In this document: piece after piece, positions 33,440 through 44,007 of the stretch
Numbering within the stretch: the first letter of the stretch is position 1
How the letters are laid out: every line of letters begins with the position of its first letter
DNA from: Rhynchopus sp. YZ270_cl-10
Lineage: Eukaryota
Assembly: GCA_964035575.1 (NCBI GenBank)
Contig: OZ037844.1
Coordinates: forward strand, 682,001-746,000
Reading direction: 5' to 3'
DNA: 64,000 nt
The notes under the pieces: model-generated
What the model saw: only the letters and a program-made list of their open reading frames with translations
Told to the model about the DNA's origin: nothing
Databases searched by the model: none
Made by a program: the position numbers and the translations under genes

Positions 33440-34798
33440 TCATTGCACAACGACCCCACCGTGCTTGAGGAGAACCTGCTCCACACCTGCATGTCCATTC
33501 AACCTCGCATGCGTCAACGCAGTGTGGCCTGCAATATTTCTGTGGTTCACGTCCACCCCCCGCAAGCCCACAAGATAGCGTACAGTCTCGATGTTTCCAT
33601 AATGTGCCGCAAGAGCAAGACACCTGTCTCCATCGTTGTCTGTGGCACACACGTCTGCACGTGCTTCGAGCAACATCTTCACAATTTCGCGTTCCCCAAC
33701 CTCACAAGCACAGTGCAGAGGTGTACGTCCCATCCTCTTTGCCTCAACGTCTGCCCCTGCATTAACAAGCACCTCCACCACATCTGAGTGCTTCGGTAAC
33801 ACTCCGAGGTGCAGTGCAGTGAAGCCGCTGTTACATGACTGATTCACATCCACCTCAGGCAAGCACAAAAGATAGCGCACAGTCTCGGTCTGTCCATTCC
33901 ATGCCGCAAGAAGAAGACATGTGGCTCCTTTGTTGTCTGTGACACACACGTCCGCACCTGCTTTGACCAGCATCTTCATTGTCTCGAGAGACCCATCCTG
34001 GCTGGCCATGAGCATAGGAGAATATCCCTCCTCGTCCGTTGCCTCGATGTCTGCCCCTGCATCAATGAGCACCTTAGCCACATCGGGATGATTCTGATCA
34101 GCTGCAAGGAACAGAGCAGTGTGGCTGTCAGTATCCTTGTGATTCACGTCCACCTCAGGAAAATTCACAAGATAGTGCACAGTCTCGGTGTGTCCAAAAT
34201 ATGCCGCAAGGGTAAGACACGTGTCTCCATCGTTGTCTGTGACACGCACTTCCGCACCTGCTTTGACCAACATCTTCACAACTGCGAGTGCTCCTGAACG
34301 ACAAGCCCAGTGCAGAGGCGAACGTCCCAGGTCGTCCTTTGTTTCGATGTCTGTCCCTGCATCAATCAGCACCTGACACACTGCAGGGTCCTCCCACATG
34401 GCTGGACAGGGACGAGGTGTGTTACCTTGGGTCTCTTCCTTCTGCCCGTGTGGAACAAACGCAACGTTGCTGCAGACTGACTTCCAATGCTGCAAGAGGA
34501 CCTCAGTGCACGCAGTGTGGTCTGCGTGGATGCACTCACTCAGCAGCACCCCGAAGCCCATCTGCGTTGTCTCAACATACGGAAGAAGCAGTGCGAGGCA
34601 TTCATCGTGGTTCCCTCTGCATGCCTCGTGCACAGCATCGAAGGCAATCTTTTTGCTGTCTGTGTCTGGGCTGAGCTTCTCAAGTCCCGCCTGCACGGCA
34701 GTCGTGTCGCCGTTCCTGGCAGCCTCCACCAAGACCTCTGTTGGGCTGTGTGGTGCCTTCTCGTCAGGTATACTGTCTGCATGTTGCTCCTTCGACAT
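33440..34798 (-). CDS. Ankyrin-repeat protein, copy 6 (452 aa)
   Basis: Intact ORF; ankyrin modules. Confidence 0.95.
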   Translation of the reverse strand: MSKEQHADSIPDEKAPHSPTEVLVEAARNGDTTAVQAGLEKLSPDTDSKKIAFDAVHEACRGNHDECLALLLPYVETTQMGFGVLLSECIHADHTACTEVLLQHWKSVCSNVAFVPHGQKEETQGNTPRPCPAMWEDPAVCQVLIDAGTDIETKDDLGRSPLHWACRSGALAVVKMLVKAGAEVRVTDNDGDTCLTLAAYFGHTETVHYLVNFPEVDVNHKDTDSHTALFLAADQNHPDVAKVLIDAGADIEATDEEGYSPMLMASQDGSLETMKMLVKAGADVCVTDNKGATCLLLAAWNGQTETVRYLLCLPEVDVNQSCNSGFTALHLGVLPKHSDVVEVLVNAGADVEAKRMGRTPLHCACEVGEREIVKMLLEARADVCATDNDGDRCLALAAHYGNIETVRYLVGLRGVDVNHRNIAGHTALTHARLNGHAGVEQVLLKHGGVVVQ

Positions 34799-35889
34799 GG
34801 TTTGTGAAGATGTTGATATTCAATTGTGTCTTTTATGCTGTTTCTTTTTGTGGAGGTTGTGAGGTGAGTGGTGGGTGTCCCTGAACTGTCTTGCCACCCC
34901 TGACAAGCACAGCCACAGTGCGCCGAACATGTCCAAACATTTTCCAAACATGTTTGTACTATAGGGGTAGGGCGGTGGTGGGGAAAGAGTTCAACATTAA
35001 TCAGGGGCGCGAGTGTGCTCGCGAGGCGTTATCCCTGTCTGTATCGTCTTAGGTGGAAAATCGCTTCTTTTTTTTTAGATTCTCCTTGGGATCTGTGTCT
35101 GTGGGCATTATGCGTTTGCCGTTTTGTTTTATTTTTGCTTTGTTTTGACGAGACACAAAAGGCGCAGAGCACCTCTTGTTGACTTCCAACTCCAAGATTC
35201 TGTTGCCACAAGACTTTTTTGCTGCGAAATGTTTGAACACAATTTTCAGTGCATTCAAGAGGAGGAACAAGCTAAAATGAACCGTGCAACGCACCTCTTC
35301 ATAGTACATTGTCCACCTCAGAGTAACCGCAATTGATTGCAGTTTTTTTGCGAATCGAATTTCGGGTTTTGCGAATTTTGTTCCAGAAAAGTACCCCTGA
35401 TCACCCCATTTCAGCGCATTTTTTGAAAAAAACAAATTCATAAAAAAAATACAAATCAGTGAAGACCCACGCACACACCCAACCCTCCCGACTCAGTGGG
35501 GACCCCTTTCTCCTTTTCATGTTGCTTTTTTCCCGTGTTGGTCAGAAATACAGTCAAATTGCTTTGACGCTGAAGAAACGCAAACAAGTCATGTCTTTGT
35601 GAATTCCTTCTGGGAAGGTTTAGAATAGAATAATACCATTGTGGAGCACCGTCGGGTGCCACAATCAAGTTTTCAAACAACCCCATGAACCCCATCAGCA
35701 TTGAGCTCCCAACCAATTGTATCCCTTTTCTCTCAGAAAGCGGGAGCAGCTTTTCACCGTTGCAAGTGCCCCAGTCAAAAATGCGTTCAAGGCGGGTCCA
35801 ACCCCTCGGGTCAGCTGGCATAATCGCTGTCAATACCAATAATACCAAGGCATTATTTAGTTGCCGACAACCGCCAGGCACAATATGCA

Positions 35890-37251
35890 TCATAGCACAA
35901 CGACCCCACCGTGCTCGAGGAGAACCTGCTCCACACCTGCATGTCCATTCAGCCTCGCATGCGCCAACGCAGTGTCGCCTGCAATATTTCTGTGGTTCAC
36001 GTCCACCTCCTTCAAGCCCACAAGATAACGCACAATCTCGATGTGCCCATCAACTGCCGCAAGAGCAAGACACCTGTCTCCATCGCTGTCTGTGACACAC
36101 ACGTCCGCACCTGCTTCGACTAACATCTTCACAATTTCGCGTTCCCCAACCTCACAAACACATTGAAGAGGTGTACTACCCCCCCCATCGCACTGTGCCT
36201 CAACGTCTGCCCCTGCATCAATGAGCACCTCCACCACATCTGAGTGCTTCAGTAACACTGCGAGGGGCAGCGAAGCGAAGCCCCTGTTACATGACTGATT
36301 CACATCCACCTCCGGCAAGCACAAAAGATAGCACACAGTCTCGGTGTGTCCAAAATAGGCCGCAAACATAAGACACGTGCTTCCATTGTTGTCTGTGCCA
36401 CTCACGTCCGCACCTGCTTTGACCAACATCCGCACAGTCGCGAGAGACCCAGCCTTGCTGGCCACGAGCAGAGGTGAACGTCCCTTCTCTCCCGTTGCCT
36501 CGATGTCTGCCTCTGCATCAATGAGCACCTTAGCCACATCGGGATGATTTTGATCAGCTGCAAGGAACAGAGCAGTGTGGCCGTCAGTATCCTTGTGATT
36601 CACGTCCAGCTCAGGAAAACTCACAAGATAGCGCACAGTCTCGGTGTGTCCAAAATATGCCGCAAGGGTAAGACACGTGTCTCGTTCGTTGTCTGTGACA
36701 CACACTCCCGCACCTGCTTTGACCAACATCTTAGAAATGGCGAGTGATCCTGAACGACAAGCCCAGTGCAGAGGAGAACGTCCCATGTCGTCCTTTGTCT
36801 CGATGTCTGCCCCTGCATCAATGAGCACCTGACACACTGCAGGGTCCGCCCACATGGCTGGACAGGGTCGGCCTTTCTTGTCCTCCTGCCCGTGTGGGAC
36901 AAACGCAACGTTGCTGCAGACTGACTTCCAATGCTGCAAGAGGACCTCCGTGCACGCAGTGTGGTCTGCGTGGATGCACTCACTCAGCAGAATCCCGAAG
37001 CCCATCTGCGTTGTCTCAACATACGGAAGAAGCAGTGCGAGGCATTCATCGTGGTTCCCTCTGCATGCCTCGTGCACAGCATCGAAGGAAACTGTTTTGC
37101 TGTCTGTGTCTGGGCTGAGCTTCTCAAGTCCCGCCTGCACGGCAGTCGTGTCGCCGTTCCTGGCAGCCTCCACCAAGACCGAGTCTGCAGAAAGCGTTGT
37201 TCCGTTTGGTGCCTTCTCGTCAGGTGTGCTGTCTGCGTGTCGCTTCGACAT
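35890..37251 (-). CDS. Ankyrin-repeat protein, copy 7 (453 aa)
   Basis: Intact ORF; ankyrin modules. Confidence 0.95.
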   Translation of the reverse strand: MSKRHADSTPDEKAPNGTTLSADSVLVEAARNGDTTAVQAGLEKLSPDTDSKTVSFDAVHEACRGNHDECLALLLPYVETTQMGFGILLSECIHADHTACTEVLLQHWKSVCSNVAFVPHGQEDKKGRPCPAMWADPAVCQVLIDAGADIETKDDMGRSPLHWACRSGSLAISKMLVKAGAGVCVTDNERDTCLTLAAYFGHTETVRYLVSFPELDVNHKDTDGHTALFLAADQNHPDVAKVLIDAEADIEATGEKGRSPLLVASKAGSLATVRMLVKAGADVSGTDNNGSTCLMFAAYFGHTETVCYLLCLPEVDVNQSCNRGFASLPLAVLLKHSDVVEVLIDAGADVEAQCDGGGSTPLQCVCEVGEREIVKMLVEAGADVCVTDSDGDRCLALAAVDGHIEIVRYLVGLKEVDVNHRNIAGDTALAHARLNGHAGVEQVLLEHGGVVVL

Positions 37252-38024
37252 GGTTTGTGAAGATATTGATATTCAATGTTGTGTCTTTTATGCTGTTTCT
37301 TTTTGTGGAGGTTGTGAGGTGAGTCGTGGGTGTCCCTGAACTGTCTTGCCACCCCTGACAAGCACAGCCACAGTGGAAACAAACCCACCTGCTATCATCA
37401 CCTCACGGCGACACAGGGGGAACACATGAGAGAATAGGGTAGGGCGGTGGTGGGGAAAGACTTCAGCATTAATCAGGGGCGGGAGTGTGCTCTCGTGAGG
37501 CGTTGTCCCTGTCTGTATCGTCTCGGTGGGAAATCGCTTCTTTTTTTTTTTTTTTTTTTTTTTGAAAACTTGGAGAAATCACGTGTCGCAACAGAATATA
37601 TCCACGCCACGCCCACCCTCCGCCCAGCTTCCATTTTTTTTTTAGATTCTACCTTGAAGGCTTCAAGTAGGGTATTAGGGTGAAAATCCAAAAATCCGGA
37701 AAAAACTGGTTTTTCTGGTTTTCTCTCCTGGGTGGCGAAAACCTCCACCGTTGACGGACACAGTCACCTTTTCGGGGTTTTCGGGGGTGGGGTCAGTGTC
37801 TTATCCAGGAATCCAGATTTGATTGGGGGGGTCAGCTTGTTTTTTTTTGCCCAAATAAAATGGTGCCGCAGTCAAAATATTTTGAAGGTACGGTGTAAAA
37901 ATCTAGCTTTTTAAAAAAATTTACACCACAGAGCTACTCAACGAACCCTTTTTTGCGGAGCAAAAATTGAAAAATGGCGCCGCAGGCAAAAAAAAAATTC
38001 AAGGTACACTACTTGAGAATAACC

Positions 38025-39590
38025 TCACGCGGTGGGTGCGTCGCTGGCACCGTGTTCGAGGAGAACCTGCTCTACCCCTGCATGTAGGTTACGGCTCGCA
38101 TACTCCAATGCAGTGCTGTCATCATTATTTCTGTGATTTATTTCAACCTCGTTCAAGCCCACAAGATAGCTCACAGTCTCGGTGTGCCCATAAGCAGCCG
38201 CAAACATAAGACATGTGTCTCCGCCCTCGTCTGTAGCACACACTTCCGCCCCTGCTTCGAGCAACATCTTCACGGTGTCGAGAGACCCTTCCTTGCTGGC
38301 CAAGAGCAGAGGCGATCTTCCGTTCTCGTCTTTTGCCTCGATGTCTGCACCTGCTTCGAGCAACATCCTCACAATTTCTCGTTCCCCAACCTCACAAGCA
38401 TATTGAAGAGGCGTCTTGCCGATCCCATCACGCTTTGCTTCGATGTCTGCCCCTGCATCAATGAGCACCTCCACCACATCTGAGTGCTTCTGTAACACTG
38501 CGCGGTGCAGTGAAGTGTATCCCCTGTAATGTGACTGATTCGCATCCACCTCAGGCAAGCACAAAAGATAGCGCACAGTCTCGGTGTGTCCATTCCACGC
38601 CGCAAGGAGAAGACATGTGTGTCCTTTGTTGTCTGTGGCACTCACGTCCGCACCTGCTTTGAGCAAGATCTTCACAGTGTCGAGAGACGCATCCTTGCTG
38701 GCCAAGAGCAGAGGCGAATGTCCGTTCTCGTCCTTCGCCTCAATGTCTGCACCTGCATCAATGAGCAGCTGCTGCATATTACGGTAGTCTTCTTGACATG
38801 CCCAGTGGAGCGCAGTGAAGTCATCAGCTACATGATTCACATCCACCTCAGGCAAGCCTAAAAGATAGCGCACAGTCTCGGTACGTCCAAAACATGCCGC
38901 CATGGTAAGACATGAAAATCCTATGTTGTTGACTGTAACGCTCACGTCCGCACCTGCTTCGACCAACATCTTCAGAGTCTCGGTGTGTCCAGAATATGAC
39001 GCAAGGGTAAGACATGTGTCTCCATCGTTGTCTGTGACACACATTCCCGCACCTGCTTTAACCAACATCTTCGCAACATCGAGTTCCCCTGAACGACAAG
39101 CCAAGTGCAGAGGAGAACGTCCCAAGTCGTCCTTTGTCTCGATGTCTGCCCCTGCATCAATGAGCACCTGACACACTGCAGGGTCCTCCCACATGGCTGG
39201 ACAGGGTCGGTCTTTCTTGCCCTCCTGCCCGTGTGGGACAAACGCAACGTTGCTGCAGACTGACTTCCAATGCTGCAAGAGGACCTCCGTGCACGCAGTG
39301 TGGTCTGCGTGGATGCACTCACTCAGCAGCATCCCGAAGCCCATCTGCGTTGTCTCAACATACGGAAGAAGCAGTGCGAGGCATTCGTCGTGGTTCTCTC
39401 TGCATGCCTCGTGCACAGCATCGAAGGCAACCGTTTTGCTGTCTGTGTCTGGGCTGAGCTTCTCAAGTCCCACCCGCACGGCAGTCGTGTCGCCGTTCCT
39501 GGCAGCCTCCACCAAGACCTCGTCTGCAGAAAGTGTTGTTCCGTTTGGTGCCTTCTCGTCAGGTGTGCTGTCTGCGTGTTGCTTCGACAT
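38025..39590 (-). CDS. Ankyrin-repeat protein, copy 8 (521 aa)
   Basis: Intact ORF; rearranged module order and a distinct C-terminus and 3' flank. Confidence 0.95.
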   Translation of the reverse strand: MSKQHADSTPDEKAPNGTTLSADEVLVEAARNGDTTAVRVGLEKLSPDTDSKTVAFDAVHEACRENHDECLALLLPYVETTQMGFGMLLSECIHADHTACTEVLLQHWKSVCSNVAFVPHGQEGKKDRPCPAMWEDPAVCQVLIDAGADIETKDDLGRSPLHLACRSGELDVAKMLVKAGAGMCVTDNDGDTCLTLASYSGHTETLKMLVEAGADVSVTVNNIGFSCLTMAACFGRTETVRYLLGLPEVDVNHVADDFTALHWACQEDYRNMQQLLIDAGADIEAKDENGHSPLLLASKDASLDTVKILLKAGADVSATDNKGHTCLLLAAWNGHTETVRYLLCLPEVDANQSHYRGYTSLHRAVLQKHSDVVEVLIDAGADIEAKRDGIGKTPLQYACEVGEREIVRMLLEAGADIEAKDENGRSPLLLASKEGSLDTVKMLLEAGAEVCATDEGGDTCLMFAAAYGHTETVSYLVGLNEVEINHRNNDDSTALEYASRNLHAGVEQVLLEHGASDAPTA

Positions 39591-41118
39591 GGTTTGTGAA
39601 GATGGTGATATTCAATGTTGTGTCTTTTATGCTGTTTCTTTTTGTGGAGGTTGTGAGGTGAGTGGGTGTCCCTGAACTTCTTACCACCCCTGACAAGCAC
39701 ACGCCACAGTGGAAACAAACCCACCTGCTATCATCACCTCACGGCGACACAGGGGGAACACATGAGAGAATAGGGTAGGGCGGTGGTGGGGAAAGACTTC
39801 AGCATTAATCAGGGGCGGGAGTGTGCCCTCGTGAGGCGTTGTCCCTGTCTGTATCGTCTTAGGTGGAAAATCGATTCTTTTTTAAGATTTTTTTTAGATT
39901 CTACCTTGGTATCTGTGTCAAGGCATTATGCGTTTGCCGTTTTGTTTTATTTTTGCTTTGTTTTGACGAGACACAAAAGGCGCAGAGCACCTCTTGTTGA
40001 CCTCCAACTCCAAGATTCTGTTGTCACTATACTTTTTTGCTGCGAAAGATTTGAACATAATTTTCATGGCATTCGAGAGGAGGAACAAGCTTAAATGAAG
40101 CGTGCAACGCAGTACATTGTCCACCTCAGAGTAACCCGCTTAGACCAATTTCGAAACAAGGTGGTGAAAAGAAGTTTTATTTGGCGTTTTATAGACTACA
40201 GAAAAAGAAAAACTCTTACATCCTGGGCTGCACGTTAAATTGCATCCGGGGACTTTTGTTGCACTTCGGTCTACCTGAGGGTGAAAGGTGATAGGACGAC
40301 CTCCCCCACACAGTGTAAAAGGCTGTAGTGGGGAACATGGTCATCATGGTTTCAATGGCAAAGACACTCCCCAAAAAAAGGAGAGAAACGGTACCGCAGA
40401 TATCACGGATATTTCACACAAAGTTGGAAACGAAATAAGCACCCGGAGGAAATTAACGTCCCACTTGGGACTTTTCCGTTTTACTTTATTTTATTTTATT
40501 TTATTTTTGAAAAACAATAGAGCGTGGAAGGAACGTGGGCGGAAATCACGAGATCGAATAATGGGGGGTTTTTTTTTGTGGAGCAATTCTTTTTGTTCAG
40601 GTGGAACAAAACAGAATAGGAAGAAAGTGCAGACACCTCAACTGACCGACGTACGATGCCAGCCATGAAAGCACGCCAATGGGGCAAGAATTATCCGAAG
40701 TCTCCCTCCTGATGAGGCCACTATAGGTTCCAAGGGGTGGGTAGAAGAAGGGGGGGAGATGAAGGGAGGAGCAGTGAGGGAAGAAAAGAAAAAAAGAATA
40801 TTTCATATACCTTCTGTTCTGACGAACACAAGGTAGAGAGGGTGCTAAAAAATGTAACCCTTGCTTTTAAAATTAAAAAAAAAGAAAAAAATAGTAACTC
40901 TGATAGGTAAGTAAAAGGAAAAAAAGGTTTTTTTTCGTTGATTTCAACGAACCGATATCCTCGCGCTATCCAAACAGGACTCCACAATGGACATAGTTGA
41001 TTGTAAGAAAGTTTTTCGTTGATTGCTCAATTACCCTGTTTGAGGGGTGATTGGCGACCGTATCTGAGGAACTATTTCTCCTTTAAGCTACGCTTGTAGG
41101 TATAAAAAAAAAAGAAAA

Positions 41119-41163
41119 GTTTATAAGATGATCCTAAGCCTCTCGTGCTTAGTCACCTTTAAA
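41119..41163. repeat. Short dispersed hairpin element, copy 2
   Basis: GTTTATAAGATGATCCTAAGCCTCTCGTGCTTAGTCACCTTTAAA. Confidence 0.8.
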
Positions 41164-41497
41164 AAAATACGTTTGAACAAAGCTTAGACTGACACCTCCA
41201 GTACTTTGGGGGTCTAAAAAAAAGATATGCACAGGAGCGTTTTGTTCTTATTATTGTCGACAATGACCTAAGGACCCGCTTGGGGAACCTAGAGTCTGTT
41301 GCCCGCAATTTAACTACGGTTTAAAAGAAGGAAAACAAAAAAACTGCTCAAAAAAAAAAAAAACAAACAAACAAACAATAAAAAAAAACGTTGGACCCGG
41401 TAATGGTAACATTTATCTTCGTTCTTTTTTTTTTTTTTTTTGAAAAGGCTGTATTCCTGTGGGCACCCCGGAGAACGATGCAAGCCATCAGATTAAA

Positions 41498-42280
41498 TCA
41501 CTCCGTCTTCCCCTTCCTTCCTGTGAGTGCGGGGCAGTATGCAGGAGTGGTCTCCATGTACTCTGTGTACTGCTTGCCAAGGAGGCACTGGAGGGCGGGC
41601 TCCTCAAGGAATTTGACAGCCAGGAGGATGTAGGTCGAGGTGATGGTTGCAAACATGACACGGCCGATAGAGTACTTTGGGAAGAGCCAGAACGCAAGCA
41701 TGAAGCCCGACATGAGTGGGTGGCGTACGTAGTTGTACAGGGCAGTTCTCTGCAGGATAGGTTCCCCCTCGGGCACGACAGAGGAGACGCCACGCACTGC
41801 CTGCGAGAGCCCAAACAGCGCAAAGTGGTCAAGCATGAATGTCGACGACAGCATCACAGCCCACCCAACAAGGTGCAGCCCCATCATCAAATTTGTCATC
41901 GACGCAGGGAACTCAAACAACACCTCGGGGATCGGCTTCCAGTTCCGCAGCATGTAGTGCAGCGTGCATGCTGCCGTCACAGAAAATTGAATGCGCTCGA
42001 GACACGCAGGCAGAAAGGTTGTGACCGCCTTTTTGTAGAACTCTCTTGCCATGATGGTGTGCTGCACAGCAAAGATCGAGAGGCATATCACGTTGCCTAC
42101 TACGGCCCCGGCGACGTCGTTCTGTGTCCCGTCCCCGTCCATTTTGGCGACAATAAGCTTCTCCGCAATGCTTGCAGGCAGCACTGAGTGCAGGTCACTC
42201 ACAAACAGAACAGTCGAAGTAAACACATACATCGTGTAGGAATACCCGGCCAGTCCCGCAATCGAGCTGAAAACGTTCAT
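41498..42280 (-). CDS. mddA: Methanethiol S-methyltransferase MddA-like / nurim family membrane methyltransferase (260 aa)
   Basis: Motifs FAVQHTIMAR, LER, WKPIP, GWAVMLSSTFMLDHFALFGLSQ, LYNYVRHPL.SGF.LAFW and LEE..L...G..Y..Y follow the MddA pattern as I recall it. No introns. Confidence 0.75.
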   Translation of the reverse strand: MNVFSSIAGLAGYSYTMYVFTSTVLFVSDLHSVLPASIAEKLIVAKMDGDGTQNDVAGAVVGNVICLSIFAVQHTIMAREFYKKAVTTFLPACLERIQFSVTAACTLHYMLRNWKPIPEVLFEFPASMTNLMMGLHLVGWAVMLSSTFMLDHFALFGLSQAVRGVSSVVPEGEPILQRTALYNYVRHPLMSGFMLAFWLFPKYSIGRVMFATITSTYILLAVKFLEEPALQCLLGKQYTEYMETTPAYCPALTGRKGKTE

Positions 42281-44007
42281 TTTTGGTTTTATTTGTTGGA
42301 GCTGAAAAGGGAGGTGTAAGGAGGAGGTGGGAGGGGTGATACTGATTACTATTTTCAATCGAAAGATGGAGTTTTGTCAGTGTCGTCTCCTCTTTTGAAT
42401 TTTAAAAAAAAAAAATTGTTTTTTTTTTGGTGTGGCCCGCCCATCGATTTAAACCACTTTTGGGCCATTCTTGGGCCATCCAAAACCGCAAAACGGGCCA
42501 CACCCAGTGCAGTCTAGCTTGCCCAAACTGCTAGTGCATCGGCACTACCTATTTAATTTTGAAAAGTGGTAGTGCATGGCACTAGCTTTTTTATTTTTTT
42601 GGAAATCTCAGGGACTGCGCTGGCCACACCATTTTTGCAAATTAAAAGTAGCGAGTGTGGTTCATAAAGGAGTTAAAAAAAAAACGGTCATTTTTTTTTT
42701 TTTTTTTGTTGCGTGTGTGTCTTTGGTCGCGGGAGTGGGGCTTTTTTTTGACAAATAAAAATACACCACTTCCTGATTCCTTTTTTTCTTAGTAACCGTA
42801 ACCCACGAATGCAAGCAGGGGGGGTGTGCAGGGGTGGGAATCTCATTCACCCGTCCCTCCTCTCCCCATCTCCCCCATCACCTCATTGTTTTATATGAAA
42901 AAATGTGTTGTTCGAAAAAAGGTGTAGTTAACGACTTTTTTTTGCTATCTTCGTGTTGTCATTCATTAAAAAACAATAAAAACAAAACACAAAACCGAAA
43001 CAAAAAAAAAACCCCCCCCGTATCATGTGACCCTCCTCAACTGTTTTTAAAAACCCAGCTTTTTTTTGTTTTGTTTTCAAAAAATAAAACCTTCCTTTGA
43101 GCATGTACGGTTCTTACTGGCACCCTGGAAACTCCAAGAAAAATGGAGTCGGAGCTAAAGAGGTAGTTGCCTTTTCCTAAACGTGCACACTTAACTGGCA
43201 AAGGTTTGAAGAAGTTTGTTTCAACTTTGTCGTTTTTGTTTTTGTTTTTGCTACTCTGTTTGTTTGGCAAAGGGGGGGGGGAGGTGTTGTCACTCACCTA
43301 TATCATCATTGAAATAACATTGCTTACTAAATGGCCTTCTCCAAATACTGTTGCCCATTTGTAAAATGCATTTTTTTTCTGCGCAGAATCTGAACATAAA
43401 CTCATAGACTTTTTTTTCTTTTCGAAAATTTTTGGGAACGAATTTGGGAGAGAGAGGGGTTCAATCATTTTTCGTTCTTTGAAAAATTCTTAATTTTTTG
43501 TTTGATAAAATTGTAATGTAAAAAAGCCTTCCAATTGTTTTAGGGGGGTTTTTTTTATAGTAAATCAGCCAGAAACCAACTTCTTTTTTTAAAACAAAAG
43601 GACTCTTTGGATTCACAATAGGGGATGTCTAAAAGCCTTCCCTTTGTATACGGGGTGGGGGAGATGGGCGGGGGGAAAAGGAAGTTCAACATGCAACACG
43701 CCTCTGTGGACACAAGCATCGGAATCCCACGGGAACAAAACAAAACCTCTCCAATCCCTCTTTAACAGGGTTGTTCCTTGTTCTCGGAAAAAACAGCAAA
43801 ATTCTGGATTTATGTTCCCGTTTTTTTCCTTTTTTTGGGTGGGGTTTTTTGCCCTTTTTCGGGCTTTCCGAGCTCTACCCTCACTGTAGTGGGGTCATTT
43901 CGAGAAAATGGACAAGTTCTTGATTGATACAAATTTTGGTTACGACCACTAGTGAGTTGCTCACAATGCTAAATGAGTGTCAGAACTGTGATTCTGGGCC
44001 CACTTTA

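Noticed and set aside
40709..40750. CTGATGA hammerhead-like core
   Set aside because: No correctly placed GAAA or closing stems.
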